Assembly (NCBI GenBank): GCA_963555985.3
Contig: OY820591.1
Location: forward strand, 1,696,001-1,760,000
From: Dehalococcoidia bacterium
GTDB lineage: Bacteria > Chloroflexota > Dehalococcoidia > Bin125
DNA length: 64,000 bases
Direction of reading: 5' to 3'
The notes beneath the pieces are model-generated. The model did no database searches. It was given only the letters and a program-made list of their open reading frames with translations, and was not told where the DNA came from. Of this stretch, positions 1 to 9,893 are shown in pieces; within the stretch, counting starts at the first letter, position 1; every line of letters begins with the position of its first letter. Both the position numbers and the translations under genes were made by a program.

Positions 1-1019
1 CGCTGCACCGGCGCTTTGGACGCCTGCGCCCGGCCGACGGCTGCGGTCACCCGGGCCAGAGCGGTCTGTTCGCCGATCTGGGTGGCGCGGTACTCAAGCG
101 CGCCGTCCAGGTTGAGCGTGCCGGCGAAAACCGGATCGCCCGGAGACTTCTCGACCGGCAGGCTTTCGCCCGTGAGCAACGCTTCGTCAATCGCAGAAGC
201 TCCCGCAACTACGATCCCGTCCACTGCAATCTGCTCTCCGGGACGCACGCGCAGCAGGTCGTCGACCTGGACGCGCTCCACCGGCAGCTCTCGTTCGAGT
301 CCGTCGCTCACGAGGCGAGCGGTCTGCGGGGCCAACTCCAGCAGGCGCGTCAACGCGCTCGCGGCGCGGCGGCGGACTCGCGCTTCCACCGCTCGTCCGA
401 GGCTGACAAAGCCGACGATGATCAAGGCAGTGTCGAAGAACACATCGCGGGAGGCTCCGGACTCGGAGAACGCGCCCGGCGCGACGGTCGCGGCGACGCT
501 GTAACTCCAAGCGGCCAACGCGCCCAGCGCGATCAGCGTGTCCATGTCGGCGCGTCTGAGCAGGGCGGCGCGCGCCGCGCGTTGGAAGATCGGCCAAGCG
601 GCCCAGAAGAGCGTCGGTGTGGTCACAGCCAGCAAGATCGGAAAGAGCAGGTCGGGGCTCCAGCCGAGCTCGGCCCAGCGATTCACCTGCATGGCGATGA
701 ACACGCCCCAACCGAAGATCAGAGCAGGCAGCGAGCGCTCCAACTGTCTGCGAAATTCGGCTGCGTCATCGGGCGAATCGAGCTCGTCGTCGGCCTCGCC
801 CAAGCCGCCGGTGAGCTGGTATCCGGCCTTCGAGATAGCAGCCTCGAGCGCGCCCGGCGGAGGCGGCCCATGTACCTCGATCACCGCGCGTCCGGCGAGA
901 AAGTCAGCCGACGCCTCAGCCACCCCGTCAACGCGAGTGAGGGCGCGTTCCACCCGCCGCACGCACGCCGCGCAGTGCATGCCTTCGATTTGCAGCGTCT
1001 GCGTCTCCATCGCCGTCAT
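1..1019 (-). CDS. copA: Heavy-metal (Cu+-type) P1B ATPase, N-terminal part; runs off the window's left edge
   Basis: Not in the ORF track. Hand translation from ATG at 1019 gives MTAMETQTLQIEGMHCAACVRRVE (HMA GMxCxxC motif), then TM helices and the actuator motif DEALLTGESLPVEK. Confidence 0.88.
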   Translation of the reverse strand, partial: MTAMETQTLQIEGMHCAACVRRVERALTRVDGVAEASADFLAGRAVIEVHGPPPPGALEAAISKAGYQLTGGLGEADDELDSPDDAAEFRRQLERSLPALIFGWGVFIAMQVNRWAELGWSPDLLFPILLAVTTPTLFWAAWPIFQRAARAALLRRADMDTLIALGALAAWSYSVAATVAPGAFSESGASRDVFFDTALIIVGFVSLGRAVEARVRRRAASALTRLLELAPQTARLVSDGLERELPVERVQVDDLLRVRPGEQIAVDGIVVAGASAIDEALLTGESLPVEKSPGDPVFAGTLNLDGALEYRATQIGEQTALARVTAAVGRAQASKAPVQ

Positions 1020-1087
1020 ACTGACTCTCAGGGTACGCCCAATACACTCGCAGCGATCCCTACCAGGGCGCGTTCAGGAGGTGCTCA

Positions 1088-2317
1088 ATGTCCCGCGTGA
1101 TGCTGCTGATCCCGACCGCCTCCTATCGAACGCCGGACTTCATGGCGGCAGCCTCGAAGATGGGCCTGGATGTGGTGGTCGCGTCGGACATCGATCAGCC
1201 GCTCGCGGACATGTATCCAGGACGCTGGTTGACGCTTCCGTATCACGATGTCGAGCAGGGCGCGCAGGTGGTGGCGCGGTATGCAGACCGCTTCCCGCTC
1301 GATGCGGTCGTGGCTGTCGACGATCCGGGCACGGTTCTGGCGGCGCGCGCCTCCACGGCACTCGAACTGGCCTGCAATCCACCGGCTGCGGTCTTGGGTA
1401 CGCGGGACAAGTCGATGCTTCGCGCCCGTCTCGATGCGGCGGGCGTGCTCTCCCCGCCGTGGCGCGTTGTGAGTTTCAGCGAGGACGCCGCGCAGATTGC
1501 CGCCGAGCTGGAGTATCCGCTCGTGGTCAAGCCGCTGGGACTGAACGGATCGCGTGGGGTAATGCGGGCAAACGACGCATCGTCGTTCGTGCGTGCAGTA
1601 GAGCGGTTGCGACGGCTGTTGGCTACCAAAGCGGCGGCCGAGGAGTGCGGCGAGCTCGCCGATCGCTACCTGATCGAGGGCTACATCCCCGGTACCGAGG
1701 TCGCGCTCGAAGGGTTGCTTCGAGACGGCGAACTGCACACGCTCGCGCTCTTCGACAAGCCGGATCCGCTTGAGGGGCCGTTCTTCGAGGAAACGATCTA
1801 CGTCACGCCCTCTCGACTGCCGGAAGAGCGCCAGCGCGAGGTCTCGGAAACGGCGCAAGCGGCGGCGGCGGCGTTGGGGTTGCGAGAAGGCCCGCTGCAC
1901 GCGGAGCTCCGCCTGAACGACGAGGGCGCCTGGCCCGTCGATGTCGCTGCCCGCACGATCGGCGGACTCTGCGCCCGCACGCTCCGCTTCGGAGCGGGGA
2001 TGTCGCTCGAAGAGATCGTCCTGCGGCACGCAGTCGGCGCGCCGTTGGAGACGCTCAATCGTGAAGGGCGCGCAGCCGGCGTGATGATGATGCCGATCGT
2101 CGGTCGGGGAAGGGTGCGCGAGATTCGAGGACTCGATCAGGCGGCGGCGGTGCCGCTGATTGAGAGCATCGAGATGGAAGCGCGAGTCGGCGACATGCTC
2201 GTGCCGCTGCCCGAGGGGGCGGACTATCCGGGCTTCATCTTCGCGCGCGGGGAAGAGCCAGAGTCGGTCGAGGCGGCCCTGCGGGAGGCATGGTCGCAGA
2301 TCGAGTTTGTGTTGTGA
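1088..2317 (+). CDS. ATP-grasp domain protein (L-amino-acid ligase-like)
   Basis: YPLVVKP...GSRGV, YLIEGYIPGTEVALEG and HAELRL motifs typical of ATP-grasp ligases. Confidence 0.85.
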   Translation: MSRVMLLIPTASYRTPDFMAAASKMGLDVVVASDIDQPLADMYPGRWLTLPYHDVEQGAQVVARYADRFPLDAVVAVDDPGTVLAARASTALELACNPPAAVLGTRDKSMLRARLDAAGVLSPPWRVVSFSEDAAQIAAELEYPLVVKPLGLNGSRGVMRANDASSFVRAVERLRRLLATKAAAEECGELADRYLIEGYIPGTEVALEGLLRDGELHTLALFDKPDPLEGPFFEETIYVTPSRLPEERQREVSETAQAAAAALGLREGPLHAELRLNDEGAWPVDVAARTIGGLCARTLRFGAGMSLEEIVLRHAVGAPLETLNREGRAAGVMMMPIVGRGRVREIRGLDQAAAVPLIESIEMEARVGDMLVPLPEGADYPGFIFARGEEPESVEAALREAWSQIEFVL

Positions 2318-2820
2318 ATGAAGACGAACTGATTCAGTGGGCAGACTCGTTGGGCGAGGCAGAATTGGAGTACCTCTTTGAGCTCGCATCGAAGGAGCAC
2401 GAGTCGACGATCCGCGAGGCATCGACGCAGGACGGGCGGATCGTCGCGCTGTTTGGGTGGTCCATTGTCGGGATTGGAACACTCGCACTCACGGATGCGT
2501 TGAGCCTGTCCGCCGATCTCCAAGGTGTCGCGTCAATGCTCGCCATTGCCGCCACAGTGATCGCTCTCGTCGCCGGGACGTATGCGATCTGGCCTCGCGA
2601 TCTCGCTCAAGGAATCGAAGTGAGTTGGTATGCGGACAAGGGATCAATGCCGAAGCGTCGAATGCAGATCCTTGCGCTTGCCGCGCTGATCTCTGCCACC
2701 AGCATGAATTACGACTTCTTCGACCTTCGTTCCGCCGCGATCCGATTCATGGCCGCTGCGTTGATGGTGCAGCTAGTGACCATCATTCTTGCTCTGATCG
2801 CTGATGCTGTGTCTCGTTAG
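2314..2820 (+). CDS. Hypothetical membrane protein (3-4 TM segments)
   Basis: In-frame GTG overlaps the upstream stop (GTGA). Several hydrophobic stretches; GC lower than neighbours. Confidence 0.6.
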   Translation: MNEDELIQWADSLGEAELEYLFELASKEHESTIREASTQDGRIVALFGWSIVGIGTLALTDALSLSADLQGVASMLAIAATVIALVAGTYAIWPRDLAQGIEVSWYADKGSMPKRRMQILALAALISATSMNYDFFDLRSAAIRFMAAALMVQLVTIILALIADAVSR

Positions 2821-2996
2821 AGACTTCGTTTCACAATCTTGATCGGGAGTTTCTTTGACTTTCTGTCAGAGGATGAACCTGTTGAGTTGGTGTCCGCTCG
2901 GCGGGGATCAGCGTTTTCGTTCTGGTTTGATGAATTCACTGGCATCGTACCGAGCCCAACATCCGCGTGTTTCTGTTCTGGTACGCCAAGCATACG

Positions 2997-4373
2997 TTAG
3001 CTGCCGCCGTTGTGCTGAGGCGAGTTTCGAGCAATCAGGCTCGGTCGAAGTGGAGTTCGAGTCCCTCGTATTGGCGGCCGCGCGAAGTAGATCGGTAAGA
3101 CCGCGGCAAAGGTCAGGATCGCGGTCACGGTGAGCGGCCAGGTGTAGGAGCCGCTGAGGTCGTAGAGGAAGCCGATCATCCAGGGTCCGACCCCCGAGGA
3201 GAGTTGCGTGGCCATCGCGATCAGTCCGTAGACGGCACCGAAGCTGACGTAGCCGAAGACATCGGACGTCAGCAGCGACTGGAGCATGTAGATGTTGCCG
3301 ATGGTGAAGCCGAAGACGAGGATGGCGACGAATGTGGAGGCGGCGTGATCGATGTGGATGACCATCAGCGCGGCTGCGCCCTGGACGACGAACATGATCG
3401 CGGTGAGGACGCGGAGATCAACCCGATCGGCGAAGAAGCGGCCCACGATCAGGCGGGCGACGATGCTGCCGAAGGCGGTCACGGAGAGTGTGGTGGTCGC
3501 AGCGGTGAGCGAGCCGAGCCGCTCTTCGAGGAACGCGGTCTGATGGAGGATGAATCCGGTTTGGGCGAGTAAGACGATCAGAAACGAGAGCAGAATCGCC
3601 CAGAACGCAGGCGTGCGGGTCGCGGCGCGGATAGACCAAGTTCGGGTCTGGTTGGCGAGGGAACGCGCTGCGCTGCTCGCCAGCGGACGGGCGTAGCTGC
3701 CGAATCCATCCTGCGGCAGCCCCATCTGTTTCGGGTCCCAGACCAGCACGAAGGCGACGATGGGCAAACCAACGACGACGATCAGCGCGCCCATGATCGG
3801 CGTTGCGACATCGAGGCCGAAGCCCTCGATCAGGAAGCCGTTGAGCGGGGAGAGCACGACTCCGCCAAGCGAGACGCCGGTGGAGGAGACGGCCATCGCC
3901 CAGGCTCGACGGTGCAGGAACCAGCGCGCCAGGGTTGCGTTGACCGCAACCCCGGCGCTCATGCCGGTGCCGATCGCGAGTCCCAGGTAGACGAGGTAGA
4001 GTTGCCAGAGCTGATCGACCTGACCGATGCCGAGCGACGAGAGGCCGATCAGGATCAGGCCGGGTCCCATCCAGCGGCGCGCTCCGTAACGGTCGATCAA
4101 GGGTCCGACGACGGCTCCGGCGAGTCCGGAGGCGGCGAAGTAGAGGCCGGTGGCGAGCGAGACCTGGCCGTTGCTCCAGCCGTGAAGCTCTTGCAACGGC
4201 CCTAGGTAGACAGCGAGTCCGTAGTAGCCGACGCCGACGGAGACGAAGAGGAGCGTGCTGCACGCAAAGACGATCGCCCAGCCGTAGTAGATATGGCTCG
4301 GAAGCAGGCGGGCAGCGAGCGGCCGCTGGGCGCGCAGCTCGGGCGGCGGGGTAAGGCTGGACGCGGTGGGCAA
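2997..4373 (-). CDS. MFS transporter (OFA/MCT-like)
   Basis: YYGW N-terminal motif, GPLIDRYGARR motif A, about 12 hydrophobic segments. Confidence 0.9.
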   Translation of the reverse strand: MPTASSLTPPPELRAQRPLAARLLPSHIYYGWAIVFACSTLLFVSVGVGYYGLAVYLGPLQELHGWSNGQVSLATGLYFAASGLAGAVVGPLIDRYGARRWMGPGLILIGLSSLGIGQVDQLWQLYLVYLGLAIGTGMSAGVAVNATLARWFLHRRAWAMAVSSTGVSLGGVVLSPLNGFLIEGFGLDVATPIMGALIVVVGLPIVAFVLVWDPKQMGLPQDGFGSYARPLASSAARSLANQTRTWSIRAATRTPAFWAILLSFLIVLLAQTGFILHQTAFLEERLGSLTAATTTLSVTAFGSIVARLIVGRFFADRVDLRVLTAIMFVVQGAAALMVIHIDHAASTFVAILVFGFTIGNIYMLQSLLTSDVFGYVSFGAVYGLIAMATQLSSGVGPWMIGFLYDLSGSYTWPLTVTAILTFAAVLPIYFARPPIRGTRTPLRPSLIARNSPQHNGGS

Positions 4374-4511
4374 GCGGCGTCGCGATCCGGTTTGCGTTGA
4401 TTGGGCGGGAGTGGGCTGAGCATATCGGGGGTCTGTCTCGCCGCCGGCGGTCTGGGCGACGCCTAGACTGCGCAGTGCCCGCAGACGAACTCAGAGAGAT
4501 GGGTGCGCGTC

Positions 4512-5639
4512 ATGGCCGAACGACAGACGGGTTGGGTGTTTCACGAGGCGTACATGTGGCACGACACCGGCCGCACGCGGGCGTTCGATCCCGTCTTGCG
4601 CAAGTGGATGCAAGCGTGGGAGCACTGGGAGAATCCCGACACCAAGCGGCGATTGCAGAATCTGCTGGACTTCAGCGAGTTCTCGGAGGAGCTCGTCCAG
4701 CTCAAGCCGCGTCCTGCGAACCTGGAGCAGATCCTGCGGTTCCATACACCGGAGTACGTCGACCGCGTGCGCGAGCTGAGCGAGGCCGAAGGCGGCGACG
4801 CCGGCGAGGGCGCGCATTTCTCGGCGGGCGGGTATGAGATTGCGCTACTGGCCGTTGGGGGGACGATTGCGGCGATCAACGCGGTGCTCGACGGGACGGT
4901 CGACAACGCCTACGCGCTCACGCGGCCGCCCGGCCATCACGCGGAGCGGGATCGGGGGCGGGGATTCTGCATCTTCGGCAACGCTGCGATCGGGGCGATG
5001 CACGCGCTGGCAGACCGCGGACTCGAGCGGATCGCGACGCTCGATTGGGATGTGCATCACGGGAACGGCACCGAGCAGGCTTTCTACGACCGCAACGACG
5101 GACTGACGATTTCAATCCACCAAGATCATCTCTACCCGCGCGGACGCGGGTTCATGGCCGACAACGGCGAGGGCGCGGGCGAGGGTTACAACATCAATAT
5201 CCCCTTGCCGCCCGGCTCGGGGCACGGCGCGTATGTCGCGGCTGTGGAGCAGGTCGTAGTTCCGGCTCTGCGCGCCTATCGACCGGACTTGATCATCGTG
5301 CCGTCGGGATTCGACGGGGGCATGTACGACCCGCTGGGCCGGATGATGGCCTACTCGGAGACGTTCCGCGAGATGACGCGCCTGCTGCTGGAGGCGGCGG
5401 ACGAGCTGTGCGGCGGGCGTCTGGTGCTGACGCATGAGGGCGGGTATTCGCCGACATACGTACCGTTCTGCGGTCTGGCGGTGGTGGAGGAGCTGCGGGG
5501 CAAGCGATCGGTAGCGGGCGATCCGTTTGCGGAGACGGCTGCGGGGGTCGGCGGGCAGGATTTGCAGCCGCATCAGCAGGCGGTGCTTGATGATGCGAAG
5601 CAGCTGGTTGAGCGGTTGCGTGGGCTTGAGGGGGTCTAG
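4512..5639 (+). CDS. Class II histone deacetylase-like amidohydrolase
   Basis: RPPGHHA, GFCIFGN, DWDVHHGNGT, SGFD and HEGGY motifs. Confidence 0.93.
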   Translation: MAERQTGWVFHEAYMWHDTGRTRAFDPVLRKWMQAWEHWENPDTKRRLQNLLDFSEFSEELVQLKPRPANLEQILRFHTPEYVDRVRELSEAEGGDAGEGAHFSAGGYEIALLAVGGTIAAINAVLDGTVDNAYALTRPPGHHAERDRGRGFCIFGNAAIGAMHALADRGLERIATLDWDVHHGNGTEQAFYDRNDGLTISIHQDHLYPRGRGFMADNGEGAGEGYNINIPLPPGSGHGAYVAAVEQVVVPALRAYRPDLIIVPSGFDGGMYDPLGRMMAYSETFREMTRLLLEAADELCGGRLVLTHEGGYSPTYVPFCGLAVVEELRGKRSVAGDPFAETAAGVGGQDLQPHQQAVLDDAKQLVERLRGLEGV

Positions 5640-6994
5640 AACTCGACCAGAGTGAGGGGAGCCAACTGCTCCCCGGTTGGCTCCGCTCAACAGAACCAGT
5701 CTTCGGTCAGGCCTGGGCGGTGTAGGTGGGGAGCGGGGATGTCGGGCCAGGGAGTGGTTTCGAGCGCAGTACAGGTGGCTTGCTTGATTTCGGCAAACGA
5801 CGCGCCGCGCTCGGCTAGGGCGGCGATCTGCGATTGGAGGCGATCCAGCCGTTCGTCGGGGTGCCGCCAGATCCAGGTCAGACCGTCGGCGTCGTATTCG
5901 GTCAGGGCGTTGAGCTCGCGCATGGGTTGCACCAGGGGTGAGTCCGACGGCGCGAGCAGACGCAGGCCGAGCTGCACCGGAGGGGTCACGTCGATGAGTT
6001 GGCGGGTTTCCACGAACTTGAGCAGATCGAGGTAGTCGGCGGCGGTTGTCCAGGGCGTGAAGGGGAGCCAGGTGGGGCGGATGGCGATTCCGGCGGACGC
6101 GGTCAGTTCCAGGGCAATATCCAAATCGGCTGCCGTGTGTCCTTTGTCGAGCAGCGCGAGCAGCGAATCGTCTACCGACTCGAACGCGGAGGTGACGAAC
6201 GTGACGCCGAGTGCGGCCATTTCGGGCAGCAACGCGCGGTGTTCGAGCAGATGCTCAACCTTGATCGTCACGTCGTAGGTCATGTTCGGGTGCCGCTGCC
6301 TGCTCTCGCGCAGCAGGCCGACTGCGAGTTGGGGAGCGTTGAGGAAGTCGGGGTCTCCGAAGGTGATGTGTTCAGCGCCGCTCGCGGCCTGCTGCTCGAT
6401 GTCCGCGAGCACGGTCGCTGCGCCGTTGAGTCGGAGCCGACCCGCGTAGACGGGCGTAATTGGGCAGTGGGTGCATTGGTGCGCGCAGCCGCGCGTCGCT
6501 TCGACGTAGCCGGCCAGATGGGAGTTTCCGTTCGCATCGCGGTAGCGGGCGTACTGATCAAGCGAAGGCAGAGCGGATCTGTCGGGCAACGGGCGGTCGC
6601 GGCGATCGAAGATCGGCACGGGCGCGGGAGTCTCGCCGTTCGCCAACGCCACGAGCTGATAGTCGGTGTCGCCGGAGATTGTGCGTCCAAGATCGAGGTC
6701 GCCGAGAGCGCTGGCAATGAGACCGTAGAAGACGATCTTGTCGGACATGCCTCCCAGCGAACGCGCGACACGGATACCGAGGCGCGCGGCGGTGTGCATC
6801 GGAGTTGAGATGCCGACGAGGTCGGCCTCCTCCGCAAGCGTGCGCAGGTCCTCTGCCGAGATGGACTGGACATCGAGGTCGACGACGGTGACCTCGTGGC
6901 CTGCGGAGATCAGCGCCGCTGCGGGCGCGGCGATGCCGAGCGGTTGATGGCCTTGTTCGTAGGTGGAGATCAGGAGGACGGACACCACTGACAA
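5636..6994 (-). CDS. B12-binding radical SAM protein with CUAEP tail (probable selenoprotein; the ORF track stops at the UGA at 5687-5689)
   Basis: N-terminal cobalamin-binding-like region (GHQPLG...GISTPMHT) and CxxxCxxC (CAHQCTHC). The frame reads WFC-TGA-AEPTGEQLAPLTLVEF-TAG. Confidence 0.85.
5658..5684 (-). promoter_or_regulatory. Candidate SECIS hairpin immediately 3' of the in-frame UGA
   Basis: Perfect 9-bp stem GGAGCCAAC/GTTGGCTCC with a G-rich loop, starting 2 nt after the UGA. Confidence 0.55.
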
Positions 6995-7021
6995 GCCACA
7001 ATCAGCCTAAGCGCACGGCTG

Positions 7022-7055
7022 CCCTCACCCTAACCCTCTCCCAGAGGGAGAGGGA
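7022..7055. repeat. REP-like palindrome / possible terminator
   Basis: CCCTCACCCTAACCCTCTCCC-AGA-GGGAGAGGG hairpin just downstream of nfuA. Confidence 0.65.
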
Positions 7056-7063
7056 ACAAGAGA

Positions 7064-7672
7064 CTACTTCTTGGAGGGCTTGTAATAGGGGTTGTCGCCG
7101 GAGGCGTGGTCGGTCACGTCGACCAACTCTTCGATCTCGGGGAGCTGCTCCTTGACCGCGACCTCGACACCCTGCTTGAGGGTCACGTTGGCCATGCCGC
7201 AGCCCTGGCAGCCGCCGCCCATTTCGATGTAGGCGCGGTTGCCCTGGACTTCGAGCAACTGGACGTAGCCGCCATGCGCCGCGATCTGCGGGTTGACCTG
7301 TTCGTCGAAGATGCGCTGGATTTGGGCGGCGAGCGGGTCGCGCCAGACGGGATTGGGGTTGTCGAACTCCAGGCCGGAGACGTTGGGGCCTTTGAACTCG
7401 TAGTGGATGGAGGTGCCGCGCAGGTCTTCGATATGGTCGCCGTCGACGAAGAGGAGGAAATCGGGGAACTGCACCTGCGCGTCGCCGTGCGGCTCGATGC
7501 CTCGCTCAACGATGGTGAGCACATGCTCGAAGCCGTATGAGCTGCGGCCCACGATCTTGAGGCGCAGTCCGGCGACGGGTTCCGGATATCCGTTCAAGAC
7601 CTCGAGCAGCTTTTCCCGCGCGATTTCGGAGAACGTGATCTTGAGGTCTTCGGCGTGTACATCGGTCGTCAT
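7064..7672 (-). CDS. nfuA: Fe-S cluster carrier NfuA (A-type domain + NifU-C domain)
   Basis: Degenerate HesB-like N-terminus; C-terminal NPQIAAHGG...MGGGCQGCGMANVTLKQGVE. Confidence 0.88.
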   Translation of the reverse strand: MTTDVHAEDLKITFSEIAREKLLEVLNGYPEPVAGLRLKIVGRSSYGFEHVLTIVERGIEPHGDAQVQFPDFLLFVDGDHIEDLRGTSIHYEFKGPNVSGLEFDNPNPVWRDPLAAQIQRIFDEQVNPQIAAHGGYVQLLEVQGNRAYIEMGGGCQGCGMANVTLKQGVEVAVKEQLPEIEELVDVTDHASGDNPYYKPSKK

Positions 7673-7760
7673 CGTTCGCTCCTGCTCGTCTGGCGTTATC
7701 TAGCATAGCGTCGCGCGCCGGAGTGTTTGGGCACGGCGCGGAAGAGATTGGGAGAGACGG

Positions 7761-9494
7761 ATGTCTGTTGATCGAGTAGTGGTCGAGAAGAACGTTGAGA
7801 TCCCGATGCGCGACGGGGTGATTCTGCGAGCGGACGTGTACCGGCCCGCCGACTCGCACGAACCGGGCCAGGCCGTGCCGGGAGTGGTGACGCGCACGCC
7901 CTACGACAAGGAGGTCTTCGGCGCGGCGGTGGTCGGGGTAATGCCGAATGCGCTCAAGCTGGCGGAACGCGGCTACGCCGTCGTGGTCTGCGACACGCGG
8001 GGGCGCTATGCCTCGGAGGGCGAGTTCAAGCCCTTCCACCAGGAGGGTCCGGACGGCTACGACACGCTGGAATGGGTGGCGGCGCAGGACTGGTGCGACG
8101 GCGGTACGGCGATCTACGGGGCGTCGTACGTGGGCGCGACCACCTTGCTCGCCGCGCGCGAGCGACCGCCCTCGCTGCGCTGCGCGATCCCGATCATCAC
8201 GGCAGACGATTACTACGACGGCTGGACCTACCAGGGCGGCGCGTTTCAGCTGGGATTTATCGGTCTGTGGGGCAGCGGTCTCGCGGCGACGGGGTATCTG
8301 CAACAGAATCACGGCCGTCCGGCTGAGGCGGCGGGGGAGATGACGGACGCGGTGACGGGGAATTCGTTCCGGTTATTGGGCAGCCGTCCGCTGTCCTCGA
8401 TGCCGGGCATTTCGCAGGAGGGCGTCGCGCCGTACTGGCACGAGTGGCTCTCGCATGAGACGCGCGACGAGTACTGGGAGTCGGTGCGGCACTCCGCCGA
8501 CTACTCGCGCTACACCGTGCCGATGCTGCACATCGGCGGCTGGTTCGACATCTTCGGGATCGGTACCGTACGCAATTTCCGGGGGATGTCGGCGGCGGGC
8601 AATGCGCCCCAACACCTGATCATGGGCCCGTGGGCGCACACCAACTACGACCGCTGGTTGGGCGAGCTTGAGTTCGGTCCCAGCGGCCCGGCCGCCGGCG
8701 CGAATGTGCTGGCCGACCTCAACGCTTTCCTCGATCGGCACCTGAAGGGGAGAGGGCAGGAACTGCCGAGCGTGCGCTGGTTCCTGATGGGAGCGAACGA
8801 GTGGCGCACGGCCGAGTCGTGGCCGCCGCCGAACGCCGAAGAGCGGACACTGTATCTCGCCTCCAACGGGGGCGCGACCATGCATTACGGCGACGGCCGG
8901 CTGTTGGACGAATGCCCGGCCGAGGATCAGCGCTGGGACGAGTACATGTTCAGCGGCTACAAGCCGGTGATCACCGAAGGCGGCTCACTCCTTCAGATCG
9001 CGATTGGGATGCCGGGCCCGCGCGATCAGACCCGCGTGGAGAGCCGCGACGACGTGCTCTGCTACACCAGCGAGCCGCTGACCGCGCCGCTTGTTGCGGC
9101 GGGGCCGGTTGAAGTGGACATCTGGTTCTCCAGCGACCGGCCGGACACGGACATCACGGCCAAGCTGGTGGATGTGCATCCCGACGGCAAACCGGTCTCG
9201 CTGACGGACGGGATCATGCGGGCGCGCTTCCGTGAGGGCTTCGACCGGGAGGTGGCGCTGACGCCGGGTGAAGTGGCCAAGGTGACCGTCGATCTCGCCT
9301 CGATCGGTCACCGGTTTGAGGCTGGACACCGGATTCGGCTGGAAGTCTCCAGCAGCAACTACCCTCGCTTCATGGTGAACTCGAACGATGGCGGTTCGGT
9401 CAACTCGTCTACGGAGTGCCTGACCGCCATCAACCAGATTCGCCGCGGCGGAGAGTATCCGTCGGCGCTGAGATTGCACGTCCTGAGCGACTAG
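7761..9494 (+). CDS. CocE/NonD family hydrolase
   Basis: IPMRDGVILRADVYRP, RTPYDK, GASYVG nucleophile motif, GGWFD, GPWAH, EVSSSNYPRF. Confidence 0.93.
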   Translation: MSVDRVVVEKNVEIPMRDGVILRADVYRPADSHEPGQAVPGVVTRTPYDKEVFGAAVVGVMPNALKLAERGYAVVVCDTRGRYASEGEFKPFHQEGPDGYDTLEWVAAQDWCDGGTAIYGASYVGATTLLAARERPPSLRCAIPIITADDYYDGWTYQGGAFQLGFIGLWGSGLAATGYLQQNHGRPAEAAGEMTDAVTGNSFRLLGSRPLSSMPGISQEGVAPYWHEWLSHETRDEYWESVRHSADYSRYTVPMLHIGGWFDIFGIGTVRNFRGMSAAGNAPQHLIMGPWAHTNYDRWLGELEFGPSGPAAGANVLADLNAFLDRHLKGRGQELPSVRWFLMGANEWRTAESWPPPNAEERTLYLASNGGATMHYGDGRLLDECPAEDQRWDEYMFSGYKPVITEGGSLLQIAIGMPGPRDQTRVESRDDVLCYTSEPLTAPLVAAGPVEVDIWFSSDRPDTDITAKLVDVHPDGKPVSLTDGIMRARFREGFDREVALTPGEVAKVTVDLASIGHRFEAGHRIRLEVSSSNYPRFMVNSNDGGSVNSSTECLTAINQIRRGGEYPSALRLHVLSD

Positions 9495-9512
9495 CACAGA
9501 GAGGAACGACTG

Positions 9513-9839
9513 ATGATCTACGAACTGCGGATTTACACGGCGCATCCGGGCAAGATGGGGCCGCTGCTGGCGCGCTTCCGCGATCACACGATGGAGCTGT
9601 TCGAGCGCCATGGGATCAAGAACATCGGCTATTGGCTCAACGGCGTCGGCGGGCGCTCGGACGAGCTCTGGTACATCGTGGCGTTCGAGGACGCGGGTCA
9701 GCGCGACCGCGCCTGGGCGGCGTTCGGCGCCGATCCCGAGTGGCAGGCGGCGCGGGCCGCGTCGGAGGCGGACGGTCCGCTGGTGCACCACATCGAGAAT
9801 CGGATTCTGAATCCGTTGGAATGGTCGCCGCTGAACTAG
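9513..9839 (+). CDS. NIPSNAP family protein
   Basis: MIYELRIY...RFRDHT..LFERHGI...DPEW motif pattern. Confidence 0.9.
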   Translation: MIYELRIYTAHPGKMGPLLARFRDHTMELFERHGIKNIGYWLNGVGGRSDELWYIVAFEDAGQRDRAWAAFGADPEWQAARAASEADGPLVHHIENRILNPLEWSPLN

Positions 9840-9893
9840 GCCATGCCTGATACTCTCGTTAGCCCGCCATCTGGCAGCTGACGGAGTTCGACC

